Shown: positions 1 through 10,157 of the stretch, one piece after another | Position numbering within the stretch: position 1 is the stretch's first letter | How the letters are laid out: every line of letters starts with the position of its first letter | DNA from: Dehalococcoidia bacterium | Lineage (GTDB): Bacteria; Chloroflexota; Dehalococcoidia; DSTF01; RBG-16-68-14 | Assembly (NCBI GenBank): GCA_040882355.1 | Contig: JBBEBM010000019.1 | Coordinates: forward strand, 1 to 36,476 | Length of the DNA: 36,476 nucleotides | Direction: 5' to 3' | Made by a program: the position numbers and the translations under genes | The notes under the pieces: generated by a model | Seen by the model: the letters and a program-made list of their open reading frames with translations, nothing else | What the model was told of the DNA's origin: nothing | Database searches by the model: none

Positions 1-77
1 CCCCCAGACTCACCCAAACACCTCTGGGCGGGCGGGTGGGAACGAATGACAGTGGTTCTTGGGCTTACAGCACCCTG

Positions 78-569
78 CTAGCCCGCCGTCGCGGCCGCCG
101 GCTCGGCGATGGGGGTCAGCTCCCAAGCGTCCTTCTTCTGCAGCTCGCGCGGCGGGTCGATGTAGATCGCGCCCCAGCCGCAGGCGTCCTCGCACAGGCG
201 GCAGCCCGTGCAGCGTTTCTCGACGAGCGTCGCCGTGCCGAAGAAGTCGCCCACCTGGCGCTCCGTGTCGCCCAGGAAGAGCGCGTCGAAGGGGCAGATC
301 TGGATGCACAGCTCGCAGCCGCTGCCGATGCAGTTGTCCTCGATGACGATCGCCTTCGGCCACTCCTTGCGCGGGAACGTGCGGCAGACGTCGCCGACCT
401 CGTCGAGAATCGCCTCGGGCGGGCAGACGACGCCGCAGGCGCCGCAGTCGATGCACAGGTCAGGGTCGATGACGTGGAGGACGTTGCGCTCGCCGGAGAT
501 CGCCTCGGTCGGGCAGCGCTTCGTGCAGGCCGTACAGCCGATACAGGTCTCGATGATGGTGTAGGGCAC
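78..569 (-). CDS. 4Fe-4S binding (poly)ferredoxin
   Basis: Four CxxCxxCxxxC-type motifs (CIGCTACTKRCP, CIDCGACGVVCP, CIGSGCELCIQICP, CTGCRLCEDAC); GAGGAG RBS before the GTG start. Confidence 0.9.
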   Translation of the reverse strand: MPYTIIETCIGCTACTKRCPTEAISGERNVLHVIDPDLCIDCGACGVVCPPEAILDEVGDVCRTFPRKEWPKAIVIEDNCIGSGCELCIQICPFDALFLGDTERQVGDFFGTATLVEKRCTGCRLCEDACGWGAIYIDPPRELQKKDAWELTPIAEPAAATAG

Positions 570-674
570 GCCTGGCTCCTCAAGCCTCCGTCATGAATAT
601 CGACAGCCAAGTGTGAGTATATAGTCCGCCAGATTCAGACGCAAACGAGGAGGCGTTCTCTATGAGCGAGCCCC

Positions 675-3104
675 TTACTCGTCGTCGCCCTCTGCTTCCT
701 CACCCTCGTCGTCTTCCTCCTCCTCCAGCAGCACTTCGCGGCTGCCGGAGCCCTCCGCCGGTCCGACGACGCCCTGCTCCTCGAGCTGGTCCATGATCCG
801 CGCCGCTCGCGGGTAGCCGATGCGCAGGCGTCGCTGGAGCATCGAGGTCGAGATGCGGTTGTGCTCGGCCGCCAGGTCGATCGCGCGCTGGAGCATCGGG
901 TCGTCTGTGCTGGCTGCCTCCTCGGCTTCGGCCTGCTCCTGCACTTCATCCAGCAGGTGGTCGAAGACCTCACGCTCCAGCTCCTGGAAGCGGTCCTGCG
1001 TCCAGAAGTTGACGAGGCGCTCGATCTCCTGGTCGGAGACGTAGACGCCCTGCAAGCGCTTCGGCTTGGCGGCGTCGGTGGGCAAAAAGAGCATGTCGCC
1101 GCGGCCGAGCAGCTTCTCGGCCCCTGCGATGTCGAGCACCGTGCGCGAGTCGACCTGCGAGCTCATCGAGAAGGCGATGCGCGTCGGGAAGTTCGCCTTG
1201 ATCAGCCCCGTCACCACGTCGACGGACGGGCGCTGCGTCGCGACGATCAGGTGGATGCCGGTCGCGCGGGCGAGTTGGGCCAGCCGGCAGATCTGGCGCT
1301 CCACCTCGTAGGGCGCGGCCATCATCAGGTCCGCGAGCTCGTCGATGATGATGACCCAGTAGGGCAGCTTCGTCGGGCAGCGCTTGTGCTTGTTGTAGGT
1401 CTCAAGGTTGCGGCAGGCGAGCGCCGCGAAGCGCCGGTAACGGCTCTCCATCTCGTGGATCACCGCTTGCAGCGTGCCGACGACCTGGTCGACGTCGGTC
1501 ACGATCGACGAGAACGCCAGGTGCGGGATCTTCGAGAACGCCGACAGCTCGACGCGCTTCGGGTCGATCATGACGAAGCGCACCTCTTCGGGCGACGCGT
1601 GCATCAGGATGCAGGCGATGATCGCGTTGATCGCCACGCTCTTGCCGGAGCCCGTCGCGCCGGCGATGAGCAGGTGCGGCATCTTCGCCAGGTCGGCGAC
1701 GGACGGTTCGCCCGCGACGCTCTTGCCCAGGGCCAGCGTCAGCCGTGAGCGAAGCGACAGGCGGCGGAACTGCGCGGACTCGATGATGCTACGCAGCGTC
1801 ACGAGCGAGGCGGTGTGATTAGGCACCTCGATGCCGACGAACGGCTTGCCCGGCACAGGCGACTCCAGCCGCAGCGAAGGGGCGGCGAGCGCGAGCGCGA
1901 GATCGTTGGCGAGCGTGGTGATCTGGTTCACGCGCACACGCGTGCGCGAGACCTCCTCGACGTGCGTCTTCGGCTGGCCCTCGCGGTCGAGGAGCGGCCG
2001 GCCCGATGCGTCGCGTTCGACGACGTTGCGCGTCTTTACCTCCCAGCCCGGCTCGATGCCGAACTGCGTGACGGTCGGGCCCTCGTTGACCTGCACGACG
2101 CGCGCGTCGACGCCGAACGAAGCGAGCGTGTCGGCGATGAGGCTGGCGCGGGCCGCGTTGTCGACGTGGCCCTCCTCGGGCGGCGCGACGTCGAGCAGGA
2201 TGTCGAGCGGCGGGAGCTGCCAGCCGTCATGTGCTTTCCGCGGAGCGTCCGGATCGAGGTCGTCCAGCTCTCCATCTTCGTCGCCCTCGTCCAGCGCGAG
2301 GCGTCCCTGTTCGCCAACGGTCGATAGCTCCTCTTCGTTTTCCTCCTCCTCCTCGTATTCTTCGTCTTCCTCTTCTTCGTCCTCGTACTCCTCTTCGTCC
2401 TCCTCGATCTCCTCATCGGACGCCGTGCCCGGTTTTGCCTGCTGCGCCCAGATCACGCTGTCGAGCGGGATCTTCTCGGCGCCCTGAGCGGGCGGGCGCG
2501 TCGGGAAGATCAGGTCGACCAGCGCGTGGCCCGACTCCCAAGTGCGTTGCGGGAGGCGCCAGCTCCAGACCTTTTGCGCGCCGATACCCAGGCCTCGCAG
2601 CGCCGCGACGAACCCTGGTGGAGAGACGATCGCGAACGCGGCGGCGGGCATCGCCAGCCAGACCAGAATGCCGATCCAGTTGCCGGTGATCAGGTGGCCC
2701 AGGTCGCCGCCCGCGGTCACTTCGTGCAGGTAGACGCCGCCCAGTTGCCAGCCGGGCCGGAAGAAGGCGAGCAGGCCTGCGGTAAACACCGCGGCAAGCG
2801 CACCGACCGCCCACGGCTTCCAATCGTAGAACGCCCAATCGAGACGCCTGCGTACGAGGCAGAAGCCGAGGAAGGCGATGAGCGCAACGAAGAGGAAGAT
2901 CATCAGCCCGAAGGTCTCGACCAGGGCGTCCCGGAAGCTGGTGACGCCTCGCGTGGCCGGCACCAGGAAGGGCACCGAAAGTAGGGCGAGGATGAGCAGC
3001 GCGATGCCCACCGCCTCGAGGCGGAAGAGCAGGTCCCCCGCCGTCGGCGAGGCGCCGCGCCGCGCGCGGGACTTGGGGCGAGGCCTCAGTCTCAGGCTTG
3101 CCAC
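675..3104 (-). CDS. ftsK: DNA translocase FtsK/SpoIIIE
   Basis: N-terminal TM segments, acidic linker, PHLLIAGATGSGKS Walker A, IIIDELADLMM Walker B, ATQRPSVDV, C-terminal gamma domain (SMLQRRLRIGYPRAARI). Confidence 0.97.
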   Translation of the reverse strand: MASLRLRPRPKSRARRGASPTAGDLLFRLEAVGIALLILALLSVPFLVPATRGVTSFRDALVETFGLMIFLFVALIAFLGFCLVRRRLDWAFYDWKPWAVGALAAVFTAGLLAFFRPGWQLGGVYLHEVTAGGDLGHLITGNWIGILVWLAMPAAAFAIVSPPGFVAALRGLGIGAQKVWSWRLPQRTWESGHALVDLIFPTRPPAQGAEKIPLDSVIWAQQAKPGTASDEEIEEDEEEYEDEEEEDEEYEEEEENEEELSTVGEQGRLALDEGDEDGELDDLDPDAPRKAHDGWQLPPLDILLDVAPPEEGHVDNAARASLIADTLASFGVDARVVQVNEGPTVTQFGIEPGWEVKTRNVVERDASGRPLLDREGQPKTHVEEVSRTRVRVNQITTLANDLALALAAPSLRLESPVPGKPFVGIEVPNHTASLVTLRSIIESAQFRRLSLRSRLTLALGKSVAGEPSVADLAKMPHLLIAGATGSGKSVAINAIIACILMHASPEEVRFVMIDPKRVELSAFSKIPHLAFSSIVTDVDQVVGTLQAVIHEMESRYRRFAALACRNLETYNKHKRCPTKLPYWVIIIDELADLMMAAPYEVERQICRLAQLARATGIHLIVATQRPSVDVVTGLIKANFPTRIAFSMSSQVDSRTVLDIAGAEKLLGRGDMLFLPTDAAKPKRLQGVYVSDQEIERLVNFWTQDRFQELEREVFDHLLDEVQEQAEAEEAASTDDPMLQRAIDLAAEHNRISTSMLQRRLRIGYPRAARIMDQLEEQGVVGPAEGSGSREVLLEEEEDDEGEEAEGDDE

Positions 3105-3163
3105 GGACTCCTTCCGAACACCCTCACCCCACCAGCCTGCCCAGTCGGGCCGACTCGTCAGGC

Positions 3164-3172
3164 ATTATAGCA
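3164..3172 (-). promoter_or_regulatory. Extended -10 promoter element for ftsK
   Basis: TGCTATAAT on the minus strand about 60 nt upstream of the ftsK start. Confidence 0.55.
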
Positions 3173-3285
3173 AGACGATGCTCGTGTGGATAGATCCGAG
3201 GAGACGTGCATAAGCGGTTGAGCAGTTACGCCCACGAGTAGGCACAAGGATTAACGGATGGGGGTCTTATGTCGAAGGGGCCCTG

Positions 3286-3314
3286 GCTTCGAGCTTCCAG
3301 CCTCTAGCTTCCAG
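3286..3314. repeat. Tandem heptamer array
   Basis: GCTTCGA-GCTTCCA-GCCTCTA-GCTTCCA immediately after the rnj stop codon. Confidence 0.7.
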
Positions 3315-3316
3315 GC

Positions 3317-4972
3317 CTACACCTCTACGGACACCGGCAGCACCATCGGCCGCCGGCGCGTCTCCTGGTAGAGGAACTGGGCGATGGCGTCCTTCACCTT
3401 CGTGTTGACCACGCCCCACTCCGCGATGTGGTCCGCCCCCTCCAGCGAGGAGATCACCATCTCCTGAGTGCGCTTCATCAGGTCCTCCGACTCGTCGATG
3501 TCGACGAAGCCGCGCGAGACGACCTCCGGCTTGCCGACGACGCGGCCCGTCTTGCGCTCGATCGCCAGGATGACGACGACCATGCCGTCCGTCGCCAGGT
3601 GGTGCCGGTCGCGCAGGATCAGGTGGTCGATGTCGCCGACGCCCAGCCCGTCGACGTAGACGTGGTCGGCCGACACGCGCCCGTTGACGCGCGCGCCTTT
3701 TTCGTCGATCTCCAGCACGTCGCCGTCCGTGAGGACGAAGATGTGGTCGCCGGGAACGCCGACCGACTCCGCGAGGTCGCCGTGCAGCGCCAGGTGGCGG
3801 TACTCGCCGTGGATCGGCACGAAGTACTTCGGCCGTACGAGCGAGAGGATCACCTTCAGCTCTTCCTGTGCGGCGTGGCCCCGCACGTGGACATCGGCGA
3901 TACGGTTGTAGAGCACCCGCGCCCCCAGCTTGAAGAGGTTGTCGACGGTGCGATACACGAGCGACTCGTTGCCAGGCACCGCGCTGGCGGAGAGCACGAC
4001 GGTGTCGCCAGGGACGATGGTGACGTGCTGATGGTCCTGGTTCGCCATCCGCGTGAGAGCTGAGGTCGGCTCGCCCTGGCTCCCAGTCGTGACGATCGCC
4101 AGGCGGTTGTGGGGGATGTGGTCGAGCTCCTTGACGCTCACCATCATTCCTTTGGGCGCGTTCAGGTAGCCGCGCTGCATCGCCATCTGCACGTTGTCCA
4201 CCATGCTACGTCCGGTGATGAAGACGCGCCGGTCGTTCGCGACGGCGGCGTCGATCACCTGCTGGACGCGGGCGATGAGCGAGGCGAATGTCGTGATGAT
4301 GATCCGGCCGGGCGCGGTCGACATAATGTTCCGCAACGCCACGCCCACGACCTGCTCCGATGGCGTGTAGCCCGGTATCTCGGAGTACGTCGAGTCGGAG
4401 CACAGGAGCAGGACGCCCTCGGTGCCGTAAGCGGCGAGCTTGGGCAGATCGGTCGACTGCTCCATCACGGGCGTGTGGTCGAGCTTGAAGTCGCCGGTGT
4501 GGATGACGGTGCCCACCGGCGTCTTGATCGCGAGGCCGCTCGAGTCGGGGACGCTGTGCGCGACCGTGAACGGTTCGACCTGGAAGGGGCCCTCCTGGGC
4601 GCGCTGGCCCGCCTTGAGGATGCGGATGCTGGCCTTCTTGAGCAGCTTCGCCTCCTTCAGCTTCACAGATACGAGGCCCTCGGTCAGCGGCGTGCAGTAG
4701 ACCGGCACGTTGATCTGGTGGAGGATGTACGGCAGCGCACCGATGTGGTCTTCGTGGCCGTGGGTGAGGAAGATCGCCAGCAGCCGCACGCGGCCCTCCA
4801 GGAGGTAGCTGACGTCCGGGATCACGAGGTCGATGCCGAGCATCTCCTCTTCAGGGAACATCAGGCCGGCGTCGACGGCGATCGCCGAGCCGTCGTACTC
4901 CAGGATCATCATGTTCTTGCCGATCTCGCCGAGACCGCCTAGGGGAATAACGCGTAGCTTCTTGCGGACCAT
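3317..4972 (-). CDS. rnj: Ribonuclease J
   Basis: LGGLGEIGKNM, THGHEDHIG metallo-beta-lactamase motif, TGDFK, TGSQGEP, HGEYRH, RRPMVLPV C-terminus. Confidence 0.97.
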   Translation of the reverse strand: MVRKKLRVIPLGGLGEIGKNMMILEYDGSAIAVDAGLMFPEEEMLGIDLVIPDVSYLLEGRVRLLAIFLTHGHEDHIGALPYILHQINVPVYCTPLTEGLVSVKLKEAKLLKKASIRILKAGQRAQEGPFQVEPFTVAHSVPDSSGLAIKTPVGTVIHTGDFKLDHTPVMEQSTDLPKLAAYGTEGVLLLCSDSTYSEIPGYTPSEQVVGVALRNIMSTAPGRIIITTFASLIARVQQVIDAAVANDRRVFITGRSMVDNVQMAMQRGYLNAPKGMMVSVKELDHIPHNRLAIVTTGSQGEPTSALTRMANQDHQHVTIVPGDTVVLSASAVPGNESLVYRTVDNLFKLGARVLYNRIADVHVRGHAAQEELKVILSLVRPKYFVPIHGEYRHLALHGDLAESVGVPGDHIFVLTDGDVLEIDEKGARVNGRVSADHVYVDGLGVGDIDHLILRDRHHLATDGMVVVILAIERKTGRVVGKPEVVSRGFVDIDESEDLMKRTQEMVISSLEGADHIAEWGVVNTKVKDAIAQFLYQETRRRPMVLPVSVEV

Positions 4973-4980
4973 GTGCTCCT

Positions 4981-5595
4981 TTACAGCAGAGGGATCTGCA
5001 CCGGTTCCGGCTCCTTCGGCTTCGCGTCGTCGATGAGCGCTTCAGCCAGGAGCCCCGGCAGCTTCCGAAAGTCCTGTTCGATGGTGCGGCGCAGGCTGCC
5101 CTGATGGAGCGCCGCCGCTGGGTGGTACATCGGTACCACGAGCACGCCGTCGACGCGCTTGGGCTGGCCGTGGATGCGGCTGATGGACTGTCCCTGGAAG
5201 TAGCGGCTCATGGAGAACCGCCCGAGAGTAACGATCACTTTCGGCCGGATGATCTCGAGCTGCCGGTCGAGCCAGGGCCTGCACTCGGCGATCTCGCCTG
5301 GCAGGGGGTCGCGGTTGTTCGGCGGCCGGCACTTGATCACGTTGCAGATGTAGACGTCCTGGCGGCGCAGTCCGATCGAGCCTAGCAGCTCGTCCAGGAA
5401 CTTGCCGGCCGGTCCGATGAACGGGCGCGCTTGCTGGTCCTCGTAGAAGCCCGGCCCTTCGCCGATGAAAACGATGTCGGCGCTGGGGCTGCCTTCGCCC
5501 GGCACGGCGTTGGTGCGCGTCTTCGCCAGATCGCACTTGGGGCAGACGGCGATCTCGCCGGCCAGCTCGTGCAGCGCGACGGCTTGATCCTCCAT
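4981..5595 (-). CDS. Uracil-DNA glycosylase family 4 (Fe-S)
   Basis: CPKC, GEGPG, PFIGPAG, KCRPPNNRDP, YHPAA motifs; start moved to the ATG (MEDQ) behind AGGAGGAG. Confidence 0.92.
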   Translation of the reverse strand: MEDQAVALHELAGEIAVCPKCDLAKTRTNAVPGEGSPSADIVFIGEGPGFYEDQQARPFIGPAGKFLDELLGSIGLRRQDVYICNVIKCRPPNNRDPLPGEIAECRPWLDRQLEIIRPKVIVTLGRFSMSRYFQGQSISRIHGQPKRVDGVLVVPMYHPAAALHQGSLRRTIEQDFRKLPGLLAEALIDDAKPKEPEPVQIPLL

Positions 5596-5596
5596 G

Positions 5597-5998
5597 CTAG
5601 CTGTTCTCCTCCTGTTGCACCGGCGCGCGACCACCGCGCAGGGACCCGTAGATGGTGGTGAGCGAGATCCCGAGCATCACGACCGCGAAGATGCGCCGTA
5701 GCGCATCGGCCTCGATAACGTCGGCGAGCAGAGCGGCGCCGAAGCCCGCGATTACGGCAGGCGGCGTGACCCACGCTACCGCCGGCACATCGACGTTGCC
5801 CCGGCGAAGGTGGGTCAGCGCCCCCACGATCGCAGTTCCGACGATCGCCGCGAGCGACGCGCCTTGCGCAATGTGCTGGTCTTCGCCGAGCAGCAGCACC
5901 ATCGCCGGCACGTAGATCGCTCCTCCGCCGATGCCGAGCAGACCCCCGGCGAAGCCGCCGATAAGGCCGATGATCAGTCCGAAGATTGCGTCGCTCAC
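5597..5998 (-). CDS. Sulfite exporter TauE/SafE (TSUP) family, half-size protein 2
   Basis: GLLGIGGGAIYVP, AQGASLA; GTG start overlaps the upstream TGA (GTGA). Confidence 0.85.
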   Translation of the reverse strand: MSDAIFGLIIGLIGGFAGGLLGIGGGAIYVPAMVLLLGEDQHIAQGASLAAIVGTAIVGALTHLRRGNVDVPAVAWVTPPAVIAGFGAALLADVIEADALRRIFAVVMLGISLTTIYGSLRGGRAPVQQEENS

Positions 5999-6327
5999 GC
6001 GATGAACATCCGGATCGCTGCCCCAAAGAGAAAGACCCCGAAGATCAGACGGAGCTGCCGTTCTGGAATCCGAACCATCGTCCTGGCGCCGCCGTAGGCG
6101 CCCACAGCCCCGCCAATCGCGAGCCAGCCCGCCAGCCCCCAATCGATGTTCTCCTTCACCCAGTAGCCAAGAAAGCCGGCGGTGCCTACGAAGATGACGA
6201 TGGCGAGGGACGTGCCGTGGGCGCGGTGCTGCGAGAGCTTGAGCCATCCAGTCAGCAGCGGCACCATAATCGCGCCGCCTCCCACGCCCGTGAGACCGCT
6301 GAAGAACCCGCCAATCAGTCCCGTCAA
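5995..6327 (-). CDS. Sulfite exporter TauE/SafE (TSUP) family, half-size protein 1
   Basis: GLTGVGGGAIMVP, AHGTSLA; exact start uncertain. Confidence 0.85.
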   Translation of the reverse strand: MTGLIGGFFSGLTGVGGGAIMVPLLTGWLKLSQHRAHGTSLAIVIFVGTAGFLGYWVKENIDWGLAGWLAIGGAVGAYGGARTMVRIPERQLRLIFGVFLFGAAIRMFIA

Positions 6328-6438
6328 CGGCCCAGTGATTCTTCGCGACCTCAGTTTCCGAACCTCGCCGCCTTTCCTCGGATAATATCACGGTGCGGAG
6401 GGAGGATCAAATCGTATATGGGCCTATGCCATTTGCTG

Positions 6439-7239
6439 TTAGGCGCGGGGGATGATCGGGCTGCCTTCGACCAGCTTCGCCAGCGCGATGCCGAAGAAGT
6501 AGAGCACAACGATCGGCCCGGCTACGAGCGATTGCGTAATCGGGTCGATGGACGGCGTCACGATGGCGGCCACCACGAAGGCGATGATGATCGACTGGCG
6601 CCACCAGCCGAGCAGGCGCCGCGACGTGACCACGCCCAGCTTCGCCATGCCCATGACGATCAGCGGCAGCTCGAAGACGAGACCCGTGACCAGCAGCAGG
6701 CGCGTGACGAAATCATAGTACTTGCTCACCCGGATCGTCGGCTCGCCGATGTTCTCGGGCGGGTTGAGCAGGAAGCCAAGCGCCGGCGGCAGTTCGATGT
6801 AGTACGCGAAGGCGCAGCCCGCGAGGAACATGACGGTCGCTCCGAAGACGATCGGGTAAAGCCAGCGCCGCTCCTCCTTGGTCAGCCCCGGCCCGACGAA
6901 GGCGAGGAGCTGGTAGACGATGACCGGCATGGCGATGGCGATGCCGAGCAGCAGGGTGACGCGGAAGTAGGTCGTCCAGCCTTCGAGGGGGTCGAGAAAG
7001 ACGACCCGAAAGTCTTGCACCTCGGCCTCGGCCGGTGCCCTGAGGAAGTCGATCGCCAAGCCAGTCAGCGGCCAGGCCGAGAGGGCGACGCCGACGACCA
7101 GCGCGCCGACGCAGACCATCAGCCGGTAGCGCAGCTCCTGGATGTGCTCCAGGATCGTCAGGCCGTGGCCCGCCTGCCCCTCGGGCTCGGGCGCCGGCGA
7201 GGGTTGAGGAGGGACCTGGACGGGCGGCTGGACTGCCAT
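6439..7239 (-). CDS. tatC: Twin-arginine translocase subunit TatC
   Basis: EHIQELRYRL, FVGPGL..EERR, FELP, AAIVTPSIDP; multiple TM helices. Confidence 0.96.
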   Translation of the reverse strand: MAVQPPVQVPPQPSPAPEPEGQAGHGLTILEHIQELRYRLMVCVGALVVGVALSAWPLTGLAIDFLRAPAEAEVQDFRVVFLDPLEGWTTYFRVTLLLGIAIAMPVIVYQLLAFVGPGLTKEERRWLYPIVFGATVMFLAGCAFAYYIELPPALGFLLNPPENIGEPTIRVSKYYDFVTRLLLVTGLVFELPLIVMGMAKLGVVTSRRLLGWWRQSIIIAFVVAAIVTPSIDPITQSLVAGPIVVLYFFGIALAKLVEGSPIIPRA

Positions 7240-7241
7240 GG

Positions 7242-7595
7242 TTAGCGGGCGGGCGGGACCGGCTCAGTGGGCGCGGCGGCCGGCGTGTCGGCGTCCTTGA
7301 GCGCATCGCGCACATCGGTGTCGGCTCCGCGCAACTCTTCGTTGATCGAACGGGCGCCTTCGTCCAGTCCCTCGCCGACCTCCTTCCATTCGCCCTTCAT
7401 CTCGTCGTACTCCTTCTCCAGCCCCTCCAGGGCCTCGTTGAAGTCTCGGCTGATGCTGGACGTGTACGCGCGAAAGGCGCGAAGAAAACGCGCGAGCTGG
7501 GCCGCCATCTCAGGTAGGCGCTGTGGCCCTACGACAAGCAAAGCGATAACGAGGATGAGCAGGAGTTCCGGGATGCCGACGCCGAAGACGTCCAT
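7242..7595 (-). CDS. tatB: Twin-arginine translocase TatB (TatA/B family)
   Basis: FGVGIPELLLILVIALLVVGPQRLPE; directly upstream of tatC. Confidence 0.85.
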   Translation of the reverse strand: MDVFGVGIPELLLILVIALLVVGPQRLPEMAAQLARFLRAFRAYTSSISRDFNEALEGLEKEYDEMKGEWKEVGEGLDEGARSINEELRGADTDVRDALKDADTPAAAPTEPVPPAR

Positions 7596-7676
7596 GGTGT
7601 TCTCGTGGCAGAGACGGTGCGCCGCACCCGGCCCGGCTAGTCCCTGAGCAGGGGCGCGGCGGCCATGCGCTGAGGA

Positions 7677-7943
7677 CTAGTCGGACTCGTCCTCGAGCCC
7701 CAAGTCCTTCAGGTAGTCGACGGCATCCTGCACCGTCACGATCTTTTCGGCGTCTTCGTCGGAGATCTCCAACGTCTTGCCGTCCTTGCTGAACTCCTCC
7801 TCCATCGACATGATCAGCTCGACCAGGTCCAGGGAGTCGGCGTTGAGATCGTCAACGAACGAAGCGTTGGGCACTACTTGGTCTTCTTCAACACCGAGCT
7901 GTTCTACGATGAGCTTGCGTACCCGTTCAAAGACCGTTGCCAC
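7677..7943 (-). CDS. acpP: Acyl carrier protein
   Basis: [13 protein letters not shown] phosphopantetheine motif. Confidence 0.97.
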   Translation of the reverse strand: MATVFERVRKLIVEQLGVEEDQVVPNASFVDDLNADSLDLVELIMSMEEEFSKDGKTLEISDEDAEKIVTVQDAVDYLKDLGLEDESD

Positions 7944-7947
7944 CTGT

Positions 7948-8394
7948 TCACCCCCTTCCTGCGGGAGACTGATCCATCAGCGTCTGGCTGCGTTCTCGCT
8001 GCACGGTGCCCAAGACACCGTTAACAAACTTCGAGGAGCTATCGCTTCCGTAACGTTTCGCCAGTTCGACGGCTTCGTTTATCACCACCTGAACTGGCGT
8101 CCCATTATCACCGAGCATCTCCCTGATGGCAAGCCGGAGGACGTTCCGGTCTACCGCTGCCAACTGGGCGACCGGAAAGGCTGGCGCCGCTCGGGCGATG
8201 ATCGCATCGATCTCATCTTGCTGCGAGAGCACACCCTCGATCAAGTCTCGGGCGAACGCCTTCGCCTCGCCCGACAGCCGGTCCGTCACCGCGATGCGCC
8301 GGAGCGCATCCAGCGGCTTGTGGCTCGATGTGTCGGCCTCGTACAGCGCTTGGAGCGCGGCTGCTCGCGCGCGGCGTCGTCCCGCGGCTGCCAT
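7948..8394 (-). CDS. nusB: Transcription antitermination factor NusB
   Basis: [39 protein letters not shown]; start at the TAATG overlap with the fabG stop. Confidence 0.95.
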   Translation of the reverse strand: MAAAGRRRARAAALQALYEADTSSHKPLDALRRIAVTDRLSGEAKAFARDLIEGVLSQQDEIDAIIARAAPAFPVAQLAAVDRNVLRLAIREMLGDNGTPVQVVINEAVELAKRYGSDSSSKFVNGVLGTVQRERSQTLMDQSPAGRG

Positions 8395-9143
8395 TAGTGC
8401 ATCACCAGCCCGCCGTCTATGGCGAGTACCGTTCCCGTGATATACGCGGCCTCCTCTGATGCGTAGAAGACAACCGCCGGCGCGATGTCGTCCGGCTCGG
8501 CCGGGCGGCCGAGAGGCACCAGGCCGAGAACGGCCTGCTCCTGACCCTCGGTGAGGCCGGCCGTCATCTCCGTTCGAACGAGGCCCGGCGCGATGGCGTT
8601 TGCCGTGATGTTGCGCGAGGCGACCTCTTTCGCCACCGCCTTCGTGAAGCCGATCAGTCCCGCCTTCGCCGCGGCGTAGTTCGCCTGACCGGCGTTTCCG
8701 ACAAGGCCGGCGACGCTGGCAACGTTGATGATCCGGCCCCAGCGCTGGCGGATCATCGGTCGCATCGCGGCCTTCGTGCACAAGAACGCGCCGCGCAGAT
8801 CGACCTCCATCACGCGGTCCCACGCCTCTTCAGACATGCGCAGCAGAAGGTCGTCTTGCGTCAGGCCGGCGTTGTTCACCAGGATGTGCAGGCCGTCGAG
8901 TGCCGCGATCGTCTCGTCGATGAGCCGGCGGGCGTCGTCAGCGTGAGCGACGTCGCCCTGGACGGCGATCGCCTTGCCGCCGCCGCTCTCGATCTGGCCG
9001 ACCGCTTCTTTCGCGGCCTCAGCGTTGCTGACGTAGTTCACGGCCACGCGCGCGCCCTGGCCTGCCAGCGCCACCGAGATCGCCCGGCCGATGCCGCGCG
9101 AGCCGCCGGTCACGAGCGCTACCTTGTCGCTCAGATCGAACAT
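8394..9143 (-). CDS. fabG: 3-oxoacyl-ACP reductase
   Basis: TGGSRGIG, NNAG, GQANYAAAK; lies between fabD and acpP. Confidence 0.95.
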   Translation of the reverse strand: MFDLSDKVALVTGGSRGIGRAISVALAGQGARVAVNYVSNAEAAKEAVGQIESGGGKAIAVQGDVAHADDARRLIDETIAALDGLHILVNNAGLTQDDLLLRMSEEAWDRVMEVDLRGAFLCTKAAMRPMIRQRWGRIINVASVAGLVGNAGQANYAAAKAGLIGFTKAVAKEVASRNITANAIAPGLVRTEMTAGLTEGQEQAVLGLVPLGRPAEPDDIAPAVVFYASEEAAYITGTVLAIDGGLVMH

Positions 9144-9174
9144 GGCTTCATGATGGGCGGGGGGCTGCCACGCG

Positions 9175-10116
9175 TCAAGGCGGCGCCGGCAAGGCGACCG
9201 CAGCCGAACGGGCGCTCTCGATGTCGTTGACGTTGCGAACTGCCAGCGAGCGGTCTATGCGGCGCGCCAGGCCCGTAAGCACGCGGCCCGGTCCGAACTC
9301 GATCACTCCGGCGACGCCCAGTGCGCGCAGCGCCTCGACCGAGCGCTGCCACTGCACCGGACCGGTGAGTTGCCGTACGAGCTCATCGCGAAGCGCGGCG
9401 GCGGTCGTGAGCGGCTGAGCAGTAGTATTGGCGACCACGGGCACCTCGGGGTCGCGCATCGGGATGTCCGCAAGCGCGCGGGCGATGCCCTCCGCGGCCG
9501 GCTGCATGAGCGACGTGTGAAACGCGCCGCCCACCTTCAGTCGCACGCCGCGCTGCGCGCCGCGCTCCAGCGCGAGCGTCATCGCCGCTTCGACGGCCTG
9601 CGACGTCCCGCCGATTACGATCTGCCCCGGCGCGTTGACGTTGCACAGCTCGGCGCCGGTGTCGCGGCAGACCGAGGCGGCGGCGTCTTCGTCCAGGCCA
9701 AGGAGCGCAGCCATCGCGCCTTCCCGGCGCTCGGCAGCCTCCTGCATCAGGCGCCCTCGCTCGGCCACGAGTCGCAGCCCGTCGTCGAGCGTCAAGGCGC
9801 CCGCGGCGACGAGGGCGGTGTACTCACCCAGGCTGTGGCCCGCAGCGCAGACGGGGGCGCCGTTCAGCCCGCCCAGCTCGCGCGCCGCCTCCAGGCACGC
9901 CAGGCTCACCGTGAAGATTGCGGGTTGCGCGTGACGCGTCTCCTGCAGCGCCTCGGCCGGCCCTTCGAGGCAGAGCTTGCTGACCGAGAAATCGAGGACG
10001 CGGTCGGCGGCCTCGAAGATGCGACGGGCCCCTCCGCTTCCCTCGAAGAGATCGCGGCCCATGCCCACCTCCTGGGCGCCCTGACCGGGAAACACCCAGG
10101 CGAGCCGATCAGGCAA
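9175..10116 (-). CDS. fabD: Malonyl-CoA:ACP transacylase
   Basis: FPGQGAQ, AGHSLGEY, GAFHT, EFGPGRVL; TTG start with GGAG RBS inferred. Confidence 0.93.
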   Translation of the reverse strand: MPDRLAWVFPGQGAQEVGMGRDLFEGSGGARRIFEAADRVLDFSVSKLCLEGPAEALQETRHAQPAIFTVSLACLEAARELGGLNGAPVCAAGHSLGEYTALVAAGALTLDDGLRLVAERGRLMQEAAERREGAMAALLGLDEDAAASVCRDTGAELCNVNAPGQIVIGGTSQAVEAAMTLALERGAQRGVRLKVGGAFHTSLMQPAAEGIARALADIPMRDPEVPVVANTTAQPLTTAAALRDELVRQLTGPVQWQRSVEALRALGVAGVIEFGPGRVLTGLARRIDRSLAVRNVNDIESARSAAVALPAPP

Positions 10117-10157
10117 GAGTGGCTCCGAGTGCTGGGATCGGGGACTGGCGTGACACG

